NCBI GenBank assembly: GCA_964016885.1
Contig: OZ024750.1
Coordinates: 8,618,001 to 8,682,000 of the forward strand
Origin: Eledone cirrhosa
Lineage: Eukaryota
DNA length: 64,000 nt
Direction: 5' to 3'
The notes under the pieces are model-generated. The model saw only the letters and a program-made list of their open reading frames with translations. It was not told the DNA's origin and ran no database searches. The translations under genes and the position numbers were made by a program. Shown here in pieces: positions 39,220 to 53,640 of the stretch. Every line of letters starts with the position of its first letter. Position 1 is the first letter of the stretch.

Positions 39220-39425
39220 TAGAAAGTGAGGTTTTTTTACAAAATGAAAAATAACCGAGGTGTCCTACACGAGTGGAAGTATAAAGAAAAAGAGATGAAA
39301 TCGAAAATGCAACTGAAGTCTTATTTTTTTTTAAAATATATATATTTATTTGGTTCCTTTAACGGTTTCGCAGTTCTGCTTTTCAAAAGATGAGTTGAGA
39401 TGGAGGGTCTGTGGTTTTTCTCTTA
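39220..39425 (-). mobile_element. Short insert in (TA)n carrying a minimal hammerhead (Penelope pLTR-like)
   Basis: ~200 bp of complex sequence bounded by TA arrays, containing the motif at 39356-39390. Confidence 0.55.
39356..39390 (-). ncRNA. Minimal hammerhead motif, U3-A8 variant
   Basis: UCUU-UUGAAAA-GCAG aa CUGC-GAAA-CCGU-UA-AAGG. Stem I is UCUU/AAGG. Confidence 0.55.
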
Positions 39426-39458
39426 TATATATATATAAAATATATATATATAAGATAT

Positions 39459-39522
<64 letters not shown>

Positions 39523-39536
39523 TATATATATATAAA

Positions 39537-39570
<34 letters not shown>

Positions 39571-39582
39571 TATATATATAAA

Positions 39583-39641
<59 letters not shown>

Positions 39642-39658
39642 TATATATATATATATAT

Positions 39659-39755
<97 letters not shown>

Positions 39756-40225
39756 TATATATGATATATATAATATATATACTATATATATTATATATAT
39801 ATATATAAGATATATATAATAATATATATACTATATATATTATATATATATATATAAGATATATATAATAATATATATACTATATATATTATATATATAT
39901 ATATAAGATATATATAATAATATATATACTATATATATTATATATATATATATAAGATATATATAATAATATATATACTATATATATTATATATATATAT
40001 ATAAGATATATATAATAATATATATACTATATATATTATATATATATATATAAGATATATATAATAATATATATACTATATATATTATATATATATATAT
40101 AAGATATATATAATAATATATATACTATATATATTATATATATATATATAAGATATATATAATAATATATATACTATATATATTATATATATATATATAA
40201 GATATATATAATAATATATATACTA

Positions 40226-40264
<39 letters not shown>

Positions 40265-40622
40265 TATATATGATATATATATATATAAGATATATATAAT
40301 AATATATATACTATATATATTATATATATATATTATATATACTATATATATTATATATATATATTATATATACTATATATATTATATATATATATTATAT
40401 ATATATATATATATATAATATATTATATATGATATATATATATATAAGATATATATAATAATATATATACTATATATATTATATATATATATTATATATA
40501 CTATATATATTATATATATATATTATATATACTATATATATTATATATATATATTATATATATATATATATATATAATATATATTATATATATATAATAT
40601 ATATGTATAATATATGTATAAT
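39426..40622. repeat. AT-rich array including a ~48-bp unit minisatellite (…AAGATATATATAATAATATATATACTATATATATT…)
   Basis: Regularly spaced single G and C bases at 39760-40230. Confidence 0.9.
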
Positions 40623-41008
40623 ATTGCATAGAAAATGCTCTTATAGTATTTATAATTCATCAGCAAACAAAGCCGTCTACAAGCTGCAAATATGATACAT
40701 ATTGTTTAGCCAAATTTACTGAGCATTTGCTAAAAGTTGAAAGAATTATTTACAAATCATATTTATAAGCTTTGTCATAACAATCACAATTCAATGAATT
40801 TCAATGTGATGTGAATAAAAATAAAATATATTCTTATTGGATCTGATTTTTTAAAAAACACTTCGTATGCTTTATCTGAATGGTCTCTTAGTAGTCTGTG
40901 GTAATAAGTTTTCAATGCATCATCTTATGTTTCTATTTATTTATATATTAATATAATTATTTGTCTATCTGTTAGTCTATCCATTTATGTATCTATCTAT
41001 TTATCTGT

Positions 41009-41112
41009 CTATCTCCCCACCTATCTCCCCACCTATCTCCCCACCTATCTCCCCACCTATCTCCCCACCTATCTCCCCACCTATCTCCCCACCTATCTCC
41101 CCACCTATCTAT
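41009..41112. repeat. 12-bp tandem repeat (CTATCTCCCCAC) x8
   Basis: Direct reading. Gives the spurious (ISPP)n ORF. Confidence 0.95.
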
Positions 41113-44029
41113 CTAGTTATGTATATATTTATCTATCTGTCTATCCATGTAGCTCTCTATCTATATATATATGTATATATATACAGAAAATACAAAATAG
41201 AAAATTGTAACCTAAGTAAACATGAAAGAACATCCGAACTCCCACTGTCATCGGCTCCATCTCTCTCGCCCTCCCCATCTATCTATCTATATATCTATCT
41301 ATCTATATGCAGCTATCATTTTGAATCTGTCTCATTCTTTGTCTTCCTATACATCGATTCGCCATTGTTATATTATCCACAACTATTGTTTTATGCTTTT
41401 AATTCTTATTTTCTTTTAATATTTCTGTTGGAACATATAAGATAAGGCTTTTATCTAGATCTAGCTATCAAAGAAACCTTTTTATATTTAATTCATAGAG
41501 CATTAACAGAGAGAATCAAACAACTTTTTATAACGCAAATGCAACACACGAAGCCAATTAAATGTATTTCTTCTTCGAGATTTATTTATTGTGCTTTTCT
41601 TTTGAATTTTAAAATTAAATTTTAAACAACAGAAGTAAGTTTACTTTAAATGAAATAAAACCTGTTTGTTTTTGTGTATTTTATTATCAGTACCAACGGA
41701 AAAGATGAGTGCTGGAACGGAATAAACTTGATCTGAACAAGAGCGCCATCCTGACTCGATTACTGATAGTCCCACTTTCAGCTATTTTGCTACAGTAATA
41801 CTCCAGCAAAATTCATAATTGGCCGCCCGCAGTTGCGAGCCCCACGAGGTGGGTGGCTGTTCCAGCGTGTCTCCCTCGCCGTCTTCCGAGGTAGTCCTGT
41901 CGGCCGGGACCCATAGGTGGAGGGTAAGATAGTTGTAGATGGAGGATACTAGTTAGAACGTATTAAAGAACGTGAATAGGTTACTATAATATAAAATATA
42001 TTTTATGAAGTCAAAAGTACTTTCTACTGAATGCTATACTGGCTGGAATTTAAATAATATAGAATATTTTAGTGAATTAGTTGCCTTCATAAGCGCAAAA
42101 AGAAACGTTTGACAAAACAATAGAAAACTTTAAAGTAACGTTAATCCACCACTGTAAAATAATCGCAGCTGTTTAGTAGCTTTATACTACTCACAATTCA
42201 CTCACAAAACCAATTAGTAATAGCTTTCGTTTTAAAACAAATACCGTTAAACCAGAAACAATAATAGCTATTAACGGATGTATTATAACAGCAAAAAAAA
42301 AAAGAATTAAACAAAGCTAAATGGTATAGTTTTATCATTTTGTTTTAAATCAATAAAACATTCGAAGAAGTGAAGTAGCTAATTCAAAGAAAAAGAAAGC
42401 TACGAAGCTAAATTATAAATTAAGAAGCTACAATATAAAAAAATGAGATGTAGATTTATTGTGAACTGATGTACAATTCTGTAATCGAGCTTTGTATTGA
42501 GCAAAGAAGAAGGATTTTGATGTATCATTGAATATATACTTTTATGATAATCGCCTGTTTGTGGTTTAGAAACAAAAACGTGTTATTTTATTACTGTCGT
42601 GACAGCTGCTATGCTAAACTTTATCTAAAATGTGTAGACGGATTCAGCTATAAACCGACTTTATTGTTAAGGGTTACCTCATGAAATATGTTTCCTAAGG
42701 AAACACGAGTAATATATCTGTGTTTAAGCTATAGTAAACGGTGTAGTGTATGTGGGGAATAGACTAAACTCCTGAAATGGTAATATACGTTTTAACAAAA
42801 CTCGTATCAAATCATTTGATTAGCAAGTGAAGTGAAAACCGTAAAGAGAGAGAGAGAGATTCACAATTATATACAATCTGGATGAAGGCTACATTCGCAG
42901 GTTAGCATTGGGTGATGGGTTTCAACCTTAATATTAAGACAGTGTAGCTCTAACATTGAGTTCTGTAAGGTATACCATTGAGAGACTTTGTACATAGGCA
43001 ATGCAAATTTACTACTACAAAATATGTTCACCTTATTTTATTCTTGATCTCATAAATCAAATTATATTTTTTATTACATCACGATACACGTGCTGGTGTC
43101 ACGATATACTGTCATTAACATTAGTTTAATAAATAATTAGCTGAATAAACCGTCAGTATTTCATAGAAATTTGTTGTCCAAAGAAGAAAACAGAAAATAT
43201 GGATCATAAACAACAAACATAGGGAACATATCAGACCCATGGTCGTGTTCCAGCATTACGCAATCAGGTTCACATTGATTGATTTCAAGTAATCTATAGA
43301 TCTATTTTCATCATCGTGTAATACCTGTAATATTTGTGAAAGAGGTAAATATATCGTATTTAATTTGGAACGATGTTATTAGGTATCTAGTTTCACTGAC
43401 TAAGCTCTTGAATTCTGTAATAGTTGCAAAAAGCCTACGATAGCTGGTTTCAGTGTGTTGATTTTAATTTGATGTTTTCAATTTAAAATAATTGCTCTTT
43501 CCTTAGTGTATTTAAATTTCATTTGCCTAACTCCGTCATTATTTTGATATACCAGCTATTTAATACATCTTGTATATTCTGTAGCTGTTCGCTGATCAAT
43601 GTAATTAAATTTAAGCTCTTCATATATAGGAGAAAGTTCATAATTTCTCGTTAGTATGTAGGCACATATTGGCTATGTCATTCAGAATATTTATAAATGG
43701 ATGGACAACTAATTACTCTTTCCATACACTTACACCCCATATATATAGTTCTACGAATTCCCTTTAATATATATTTGAATTGTCTTAGTGTGGTAGTTGC
43801 TCACTTCATTTGAAATATATCTAATATACACTATGGAAGATACTCTCCTTGGGATTTCGTTTTTAACTTCACCATTAACTACCAATCATCCGAACAGTAA
43901 GCTCGCCATACCATATACATACAACTTCTTAGTATATTACAGGCAAACATGTTCAATGTGGGTGGATAGATTTTGAGAATCAATATAGATTTTTTTTCTT
44001 TGTGTAGTAACAAATGAACTTTAATCTTG

Positions 44030-44215
44030 TCGTTTTTCTAAATCATTGAATCTTGTCAGAAACTCATGAATACCAGTTGGATATCTCAGCCAGAAATGTG
44101 GGCGGTTGTTTAGTTCTGAGGACTTTCTCGTTGAGATTGCAGTCATTACCTTGTTGTTGAAGTCCTGGGTAGTTATGCCGGAACATGTTTGTAGCGTTAT
44201 TGCATTCTTCTCATC
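44030..44215 (-). mobile_element. R4/Dong-like LINE RT N-terminal remnant
   Basis: RKSSELNNRPHFWLRYPTGIHEFLTRFNDL resembles WK.PG.D.I.NFWLK.L...H..L...FN. Confidence 0.5.
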
Positions 44216-45795
44216 ACTTCTATTCTAAAACATTATTCTTTATACTCTTGTAGAATGATTTGATTCTTGCTCCTCACACAGTATTCGATTGATGTTTGAG
44301 TGTCGTTGAGTGCTATATGTTTTATTATTAATGTGCAAGTAAAATATTTTTCTGTTTATTTTAAAGATCACAGCCACATGAAAGACACGTTCACGATTTT
44401 CGCAGCGTTTTATCATGCACGGGTTTTTGATAAGCGCTTTTCAAAACATTCGTTTACTTTCAGGATATCTTTTTTTGTTAAAACAATTTATTATTAGAAT
44501 TTTATTTTTCATTGCTCATAGCCGAGAAATCTTTATTTTCATAAAGCCCGATTTCACTATATACTGCTGAATATATTAGAGTATTTAGGGTTTATATCCA
44601 CGTGTTTCCCTTTAAAAGGTCTGCTATAGGGTCCTCTTATACTCAACTACTGTTTCGTGGTTCTAGGATTGTATAGAGCTTGGTATTAACTTTCAGTTGA
44701 CCTGTCTTTATTGGTTGCAATATTTTTAATTTTGTTTATTTTTGTTTCTGATAATTTTTTCCATCTCACAAAAGAATGTTTAGATGTGATTTTGTAATGT
44801 GTTTATTTTGATGCGCAAAACTGTTCTGCTAGAGGACGGGTTACAGGTGGGAGTTAGTGATACAGCCACCATGTATGATGGTCAGTTAAGATATAACTGT
44901 CGGACCAAACAACGGTATACTACTAGAGACGGAACAATGAATGATACTGTAAACTCCCAAAGAAACTATCCCAAGCGATATTGTTATGGCAGGGCGAGTA
45001 AAGGCCACCTCTAAAGAAGCATATTCTTCGTTGGGTCTGCGGAAATTACCAATTTGGTGAGTGATTGCCAAACACCGCGTCAGAGGTCTAGACGGAGATC
45101 GGTGCAATGAAGAAGCCGTCGGTCAGGCAGAGTTTTTTTTTTCGCAAAAACCTTCTGTTGCACTTCTTGCCTTCGTAGTACCTCTGGATTGTTTTATAGT
45201 TAACAATTTTAGTGATTAATCTACATCTGTAAAAAGTATACTTTCTTAAAATTGAACTTTACTTGATTCTTGGTGAATATTGATTTTACTTAATTTGAAA
45301 ATTTGCGAAACTTTGATTTTAAAAAATATATATATAAATATATTATAAGAATAGAAAAAACTAAAACCACCCGACAATCTTTCTATAAAAATGTTAGTGA
45401 TAGCCTTGAACAATATATGCACTACCTTTTGCAATAATTTGAAATTAATTGAAGAGTAAGATATTTTAATGATATAAAAAAATATACATTTTTTTCTGCA
45501 AGATATAAAACTATATATATTTGATTTATTAGGTATTTTTCAAAGGATATTTTACATTCCTAATCGTGTTAACAGTAACTGTTAATATTGATATTTAAAG
45601 GCCCTTCGTAGTTTCTAGCATAATATTTATGGTGCAGTGTATTTAATGTCATATTTAAGTTTTTATATAAAATGATAATTTCCCATTACACATAGTCCAC
45701 ATTTTCCTCGAAATTAGTCATATAAATTATATATAGATATACTGAGCTAAATAAATATTACTTTTATTTAGTAAATTTGTAGCTTTTTCAATTGC

Positions 45796-45826
<31 letters not shown>

Positions 45827-45938
45827 TCTACTCTAATGCTAAAAGTACGACTACAATTCTAATATGCTAAAACAGAAAAGAAACATTCTCATCAGGTTAT
45901 TTCATGCCTATTATCAATAATCATGTGAAAACTAATAT

Positions 45939-46385
45939 ACAGAGTGAGACATAAGTAACGGGGCAGTCCAACATTTATATTCCAAATGATATGTACTGAA
46001 ATGATTGTACAGTACGAAATTATAAATACATTAAACACACGTATTTAACAAATATAATTAGAGTTTGAAAATGTTTGAAAAGCTGATCCCGTTCTTCAAT
46101 ACAGTCTGAAGCTCTATCAGGAACAAAATAACTTACATGTCCACACATAACTCAACATTAATTTCTGCACAAGAATTCACTACCATGGCCTTAAACTGCT
46201 GAACACTTCTCGGTTGTTCAGTGTAGACTGAATTCTTCAGTACACCCATCACCACCACCCTAGAAAAAAGTCAATCCGATCCATCTGTGTAGAAAGTATT
46301 CATCAATCCAGTTGCGTTCAACAATACTGAAATAAGAAGGTGTGCTATCTTGCTGGAACCACATCTCAGGAGAACATGTGCCCAT
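45939..46385 (-). mobile_element. Tc1/mariner-superfamily transposase remnant (DDxD type) with 3' TIR
   Basis: EMWFQQDSTPSYFSIVERNWIDEYFLHRWIG..DFFL..GVLKNSVYTEQPRSVQQFK. TA+CAGAGTG terminus near 45938. The WPPRSPDL block is deleted. Confidence 0.85.
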
Positions 46386-48489
46386 TTGATCTAATATAAA
46401 ATTATTAAGTTAAATCCTCTGATAAATATCAGGATTACACAACACAAATCTATAATATAATGTAATACTAAAGATCTTTACTATATTATAAATATATCGT
46501 ATCTGTCTTTAAAGTTCGTTTTGATTTTTCTTTAATAAATTTAGAGAATTTTCAATGAAACCTTGGTTGATGACAGTTTTTACAAATAAAGACTAATTCT
46601 ATTTCCATATTATAAGTCAATGTCTTGTGTGAAAGATTAAACTTCTTTCTTCCAGTTTATCTTTGATTGCCCTGAAAATGCCCAGAAAAAATATTGCAAT
46701 CGAAGAATACTCATACGAAAGGCTTCTTAATTAAACAATAGCTCTGGGCTATAACGCTGAGCTGCATTTCATTAAGCATTAAAGAAGAGACAAAAGAAAA
46801 ATATTGTCCAGAGTTTATAATTATCCATATTACTTCTGCGATTTCAATACGCAGTTTTCTCACAAAGGAATGTCTGGCGTTTGATGAAGTCCAGTATTCT
46901 AGGAATATTATTGTTATATAATGACGTCATGGTTCATTGAAAGAGGTTAATATATTTATAGGAGCACAGTTCTTCGCATTGTTGAACTAACCGCTAATTC
47001 ATTTAACGCACGACACTCCATACTGATGTGGTTGAATACTTCCACAGAAATCAATCAATAACGAATCATTATTTCCTATTGTTTTAAAGGCTAGATATTA
47101 ATGACTGATGGCGTTGGTATTAATTTGGTAATATTAATTAATTACACAACCTGCTCTATGTGCTAATTAGTTGATTATTGGCTTCCATCATACATAAAAA
47201 CGTTATCGGGAAAATGCAAATTATTTTTTTAAAGATTAAACGTTTATTTTAACACCACGACACGCATTGCGCTTACCGATAGTAGAGAGAGTAGAACTTC
47301 ATGTTCATGTGACTTTCATTTTGGATTGCTATTATCACTACTGCTAGTATCACAACGAATGTTACTACAGTTATTGCCACCAAGTTACTGCTTCGTACAA
47401 ATTCTGTGAGTGAAAGATAGTTTTATAGACGTGCGAAAGCTGATGGAATCTGAGAAATTGTCTATCATCTTAATTACACTCTATGGTCTGGGTTCAACAC
47501 AGTTATTGCCTGATTTGACAGTTTACTATTTCATATTAAGTAAGATTTTTATTCGTACTGAGGTGAATTCTAAAGTTTACGATTCTTAACCCAAACTTGT
47601 GCTAAAGAATTTATCAGTAAGGAAATGTATTTTCTATCACACACGTATATGTGCATGTGAAGATTTATTATCGAATATTATTTATTCATGATGTATACCG
47701 GTGAATAATATAGATATTGTCATATTTTCTGTTATTATGTAGGCTGTGGAGGAAATATCCATTGAAAATTGAAATGTATTCACCTCGTTTCAATTATGAT
47801 TTTTCCCTTTTATGTGCGTGATGGTATTACTTAAATTCCGTGTTATATTTTGTATGTCATCCTTTTATTGGGAACCGGTTTGCTTTTTATCTGGTGATAT
47901 TTTTCACAAGATTTATGCATCCAAGATCGATATACCTATTATCCTTTTAAAATTAGCTTCATTGATACGATTAATATTTTTACTGTGTCATCTTTTACAA
48001 GAGGGGACTGAAATGATCTGGTATTTTATATAACTTCTCGTACATAGTTTTAGATCACCGTCTGATATAGAAGATTTATACGGTAAAGATGAATAAAGTT
48101 TATTAGTATTACGTAGCTAATACTCAGTTAAATATTTAACATATTACAGAGTATTGTTTGTAATGAAGTATAAATTAAAGTAGTAATGAGTTTCAGTCTA
48201 GCGCTAATTTGAATACTACCAGGTATTCATAATATATTGTAATCGTTTGATATTATTGATGTAATTTGTTTGTATTTCAATAATTTTAATTAAATCCTCT
48301 AATATTGTGTGAAAATATAATCATTGCCAATAGTGCTTAGTTTCAGTTATTTATAGTGTTGACTTTTTAAATTACTTTTCTTCCCTTTCATCTTCAATGG
48401 CTAGAATTGTTAGAGGGGATATTTCCATCAATGAGTATAATATCGGAAGGTTATATGACTGAACTGCAATATTTACCTTGGTAAATATT

Positions 48490-48562
48490 GGGTTCTGATT
48501 TAGGCACAAGGCCAGCAATTTTGGGGGAGAGGAAAAGTCGATTAAATCTACCCCAGTGCGAG
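48490..48562 (-). mobile_element. SINE family A tail (undeleted variant)
   Basis: TTTAGGCACAAGGCCAGCAATTTTGGGGGAG..GTCGATTAAATCTACCCCAGTG. Confidence 0.7.
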
Positions 48563-49840
48563 AAATCTGTCTGTTGTATTCAAACGTGGAAAGGAGATGG
48601 ACTCTACCAGGTTTGAAAAAAAATGCATTATAAATACCATATGTCAATATGGCACCCCTACAACTCTCGCAGGAATTAAGTGTTCTTGCATACACGATAA
48701 CAATGATTGAAATTGTCTTTTTTTTTTTTTTTTTTTTTGCTATAATCTTTGTACTTTTCGATATACGTTAAAGTGAGTAATATGGAATAAGAATGTATTT
48801 TCTTTTCATAAATGTATATATATTAAAAGAAAGAAACAGTATCGAAACTTTTGTACAAGTGTAGACAGAGAGAAGGGAATAGTGTAAACAATAACATGGA
48901 AGCTTAATGAATTGTATGGAAAACTTTGTACCTAAAATATTTTAAAACGAGTATCATATATAGAGGTGATTGTTTTATAGAATTGGGGGACTATGTGAGA
49001 AAACGTACTTCAATAAGAGAGAAATATAAATCTGTAAGTGTTAAAGATTTTGAGCGTTACATATAAATGTGTTGAGAAAAACGATATATATGGATGGTAA
49101 GAGAGGGAGAACGAAAACGTTTATTGAATGTCTGTTTGGTTTTGAGAAATAGATTTGTATGCATATGTGTGTCTGAAATGCGTATGCACTAGGATAGGTG
49201 CGTTAGTGCATGGAAGTTTGTTTTCGCTATAACAACTTTATTAATCTTCTATTTCTATCAAGTCTGGAAATATAGCCCTTACATGCATACACATCTTACC
49301 CTCATTTCCTTTTTGTTATATTCACACACTAAAAAGAAATGAACACCCAACTACGTCACCTACAGGCAGGAAATATTTAACTTAATAAAATGTTGCTTTA
49401 AATCAATACCAAGTAGTTAACTGGAATTTCCTAAATTTAATTACAAACCCACCATGGTTATCTTAGTACAGACAAGGTGAAAAGGTGCAAAACAGATTAA
49501 AGATAAATACGATCACAATTAATCAAAGAAAGTGATAGATCAGTGCACATCATTTTAGTATTGTTATTTTTATTGTACTATGTAGTCGTATTTCTTCACT
49601 GTAATAATGTATAACAGCAATGCGAGTGGTAATCGTTATTGTTTCAGTTGCCAACGTATATCAGAATATATGGAAGTCATTCCTATTAATGATTTTTTTT
49701 CTTACGTAATTCTACTTACATCTTCCGCAATTACTTATATATAGGTGTAGAATGCAACAGTTATTTATATATGGTCTTACATGTTTTCCTGATGGAAATA
49801 ATACTGCCAACGAACAGAAAAATCACGACTTTAGTTGAAT

Positions 49841-50050
49841 ATTGTTTCTACATTTGATACAAGGCCAGCAATTCAAAGGGAAAGTCGAGTGAATCGACCC
49901 TGGTCTGTTTCTGGTACTTTATTTTATCGACCGCCGTAAGGATAAAAGACAAAGCTAATCGGCAGTATTTGAACTCAGAACGTAAAGGACCGTAACTCTA
50001 TTGTAAAGCAGATTTTCCGACGCTCTACCGATATTGTCAATCTATCGTCG
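49841..50050 (-). mobile_element. SINE family A, older full copy
   Basis: Tail, core and TTTGAACTCAG B-box present. Confidence 0.85.
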
Positions 50051-50329
50051 TACACTTCCGTTAAATATTGTAAAATGTTGAGCGGCATTTGGGAGATCTA
50101 AGATTCTGGTAAACCCTCTTCCATGACATACTTTCAACTCTATCACCGTGACCCATACCTACATGGGGGTATAGGCACCGAAATATGTTTATTATATTTA
50201 TTTAACCAGAGGATGGATATTATCGGTTATCAGTATTGCGCTTCTCATAAAAAAAAAACAGTTTTCCAAGTTTATATAGGGAAGTAATCTTTTTCCTAGC
50301 ATATGAGGAAGATCATAACATCAGGGTTA

Positions 50330-50585
50330 TATCATGGTAGTGAAGGAAAGATAGCTCGGTATTCAGTTAACCTCTATAGCAAAAGGTTAAGGACGAAAGA
50401 GCGTTGATTCCTCTTATGACACCCAGTAACCAGGTCGTAGTGATAAACTGAGTAACCGATAAATTCTCAAGAATCGAAACCACTGTCTACCAAATACTCA
50501 GGAGAATTCACTTGACCTGACGTTTTATTAGAAGACACATGTCCGATGTGCCGTGTAGGGGACCAATCCACAAATGCCACAATTA
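50330..50585 (-). mobile_element. Very old SINE-like remnant (CORE-like head)
   Basis: Reverse complement GGTCCCCTACACGGCACATCGGACATGTGTCTTCT...ATTTGGTAGAC resembles a recalled cephalopod SINE. No second copy in the window. Confidence 0.35.
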
Positions 50586-52725
50586 TAAACGCCTTTTAAA
50601 AGTGGTGTAATGGCCAGCACATTCTCTGTATTGCAAGTATCACTGTATGCTATTACAAAGACAAATATCTTTAAAAGCAACAATTTCATTTTATACAACA
50701 ATTTATTCTTAAAAGCGTATCTCTGTTCCTACTCCTTATTGCTCTAGTAAAAACAATGTTCTCAACTACATCATAAAAGGAAGATTTGTTTATCTTTGTC
50801 TAGGTTTTTGGTTCCAAATCTATTGAAATCGTATGACAGATTACGTAGGAACTAAATTCAGAATTTTATCAAAGCAGATAATCTTTATTCATGACAATTC
50901 AGATAGACTGATATATATTAATCCAGCATGATTGAAATCGCTTGCTGATACTTTTTCATTTAAAATAAATATCTAAATCTTAAATTATATAGACAAATGA
51001 ATCTTTCTACGTGAGAGGAATTGTTAATTACCTATTTAGATTGGCAGAATATTCTATATTACTTCTTATGATTGACACAGTTTAAATGTTAGCTTTACAA
51101 GTATGTTTTATTTTCTAAATTCGATCAAAAATAATACGAAAACAAAATAATAAATAAACTTCATAATAGAATATAAGAGGCGATAAGTATTTTTTGAGTA
51201 TGCTACTGTCTGCATGTTATATATGAAGAAGAACATTTGTTAAATGCTCTTGAAAAAGTGAAAGCCAGCAAAAAAAAAAAAAAAATTAAAAATATTATCT
51301 CAGAAATTTCCAGTTGCTTACACACTGAGGGAAAGTTTTAGATTTGTTATTTTTTCTCATCATTTTTCATTTCGCATTAATGAAAAGAAACAAGATGATT
51401 GTATTGAAATGCATACACTATATATTTCACTTGATTTCATTCCTTTTGAAATAATCGCAAGAGGTTCCAGTATAAATGCAAAAGATTGCGTATATTCTTA
51501 AGATTAAAAAGAAACAAAAACAAAACGCTCATACATTTAGTGGAAGTATTTTCACATGAGTCAATATTGGAAAAGTTATGCAGTTCATAAAATTATATTC
51601 AGTAGTTGCACATTTCGTATATATGGATAAAATCCGTATTAAAATGAAGTGAGCGTTCAGCGTGAAACAGAAATATTAAACTTAAACTGCTTAGATTATT
51701 CAAACAAGTGTGGTGACACATTTCCTTTTCATAGTAAGCTGCGAAGCAAAATACTTTCAGAAAACAGAAATATTTTGTAAAAGAAATAAAGCTGTGATCT
51801 AAAAGAATGGTTTTAAGATCAGTACAGAATTTGCGCTGCTGAGATATATCAATATTTCCCAAAGATATATTCTATGGTGATAGTAATCACCATTAAATTC
51901 TACTAAGATTAGCACCTTCTGAGAAAGTTCTACCCTTAGTAGAATTGCAATTAGGGATATAAAATATTGTAGCTAAATGTCATATGGTATATATACTACC
52001 GTACCAACAATAAATTAACCGAAACTGATTTAAATGATGTGTATGATCAATACAAATATCAGAAATTAAGCGATCGATGTTATTTGTTGTCACCTTTCGC
52101 TTTTTATTACAGGTGTAAAATAAACAACAGTAAAAAAGGTGAAGAACTTAATACAATACTATATTGCTTCTTCAGTTTCTCTCTACAAATGTTGTTTCTT
52201 CAGTTTTCTAGCAAAATTGGCAAAATCGCTTCAAGGCAAAACATAAGAGGTTTTGCCAGTTTTCTTTTTACATGTTATACCCAATTTTATTTAATCTTTT
52301 TACCTGTGTAATGGCCGTTGGCAACGCCGAAACATTAAATGAGTTACGAACGTTATTTTATCTTTTTCTTTGGTTAGATATGCTCTGAGTTCAGGTATAT
52401 CTTCTGTGTCTTTTTCTCTTAAAATATTTCTCACATCCTTCACCTATAACTACATAAACACATTCAGCTTTGTATATAACTATTTGGCTTTCGTATACAC
52501 CCCTATATAACTCTCTACATACAAATAAAGTTATATTTTTACCCTTGATACTTATAAAATAAAATAAAATATTTGATTAAAGTGTAGTAAGATGAGAAAA
52601 CATCTATACACATCACAATCCTCGGTTCTTCAGGAGTTTCAAGCGGACGATTAAATTAAGTTATCGACAATTAAATATCCTGTTGTTAAGGAGAGTTCAG
52701 GTAGCAGATCATTAATATATATATA

Positions 52726-52911
52726 GGGCGGTGGATTGGTAGTATCGGTAGAGGGTCGGACGTCATGCTTTCCAGCATAATTACGTCCCTTTACGATCTG
52801 AGTTCAAATCCCGCCGAGGTTGACTTTGCCTTTCATCCTTACGGGGTCGATAACATAAAGTACCAGCAATGCACTGGGTAATTGCTGGCCTTGTGCCTAA
52901 AGTAGAAACAA

Positions 52912-52912
<1 letters not shown>
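52726..52912 (+). mobile_element. SINE family A, full length, in (TA)n
   Basis: Near-consensus. ATTAATATATAT flanks both ends as a possible TSD. Confidence 0.93.
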
Positions 52913-52958
<46 letters not shown>

Positions 52959-53130
52959 GCTGTTTATCATAGGGTCATCAGATAAGAACAAACTAATGAA
53001 TATTAAAACTCTACTTCGTTATTGGGTGCTCTTTTCAATCAGCCATCAACCACATACAGATATATATGTACTCCTCAGTGTTACTATAACTACACAATCC
53101 AATACCACCTTCATATCTTTAGCTGGTATG

Positions 53131-53163
<33 letters not shown>

Positions 53164-53640
53164 CGGGAATCCGGCTGCTATTTCCTGTGCGTCAGTTGTT
53201 AGTGTAATGCTTTTTGAGTCATGAAATAAGTTCGTTATATATGAACCTATATGTTTCTAGATCATTTTATCAAGTCAACTCAAAGAGAAAGAGTGATAAT
53301 GAAGAGACTTCATCGCCAAAAGGTGATAATGATTTCTGACAGCTTTTTTTTATGTGCTTGCAATTTAGAACGTAGTTATGAGTCCAAAAACTAATGAACA
53401 TTGGCATACTGATGCCTTCGCCACATTAAGATTATATCTTTGCTAATCAAGCAAGAATGCACTAAGAGTTATGAGATTCTATTAAATATTTACAGGACAT
53501 CATAAGAAAAAAGAAACGTTTTTAACTTCGAAATAGAGCTGTACATATAAATGTGATGGTTCCTACATATGTGTGATTATATATGTACGCACCCAACCAT
53601 ATATACATGTTTACAGACGTTTGTGTGTGTGTGTGCATAG

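Noticed and set aside
41690-41950. Possible coding exon (acceptor at 41690, with an ECWNG peptide recalling glypican)
   Set aside because: All three plus frames stop within ~45 nt, and the minus frames give short unrecognisable peptides.
52950-52985. Minus-strand CTGATGA beside a (TA)n tract
   Set aside because: No stem II, and TAAA in place of GAAA, so too degenerate to call a hammerhead.
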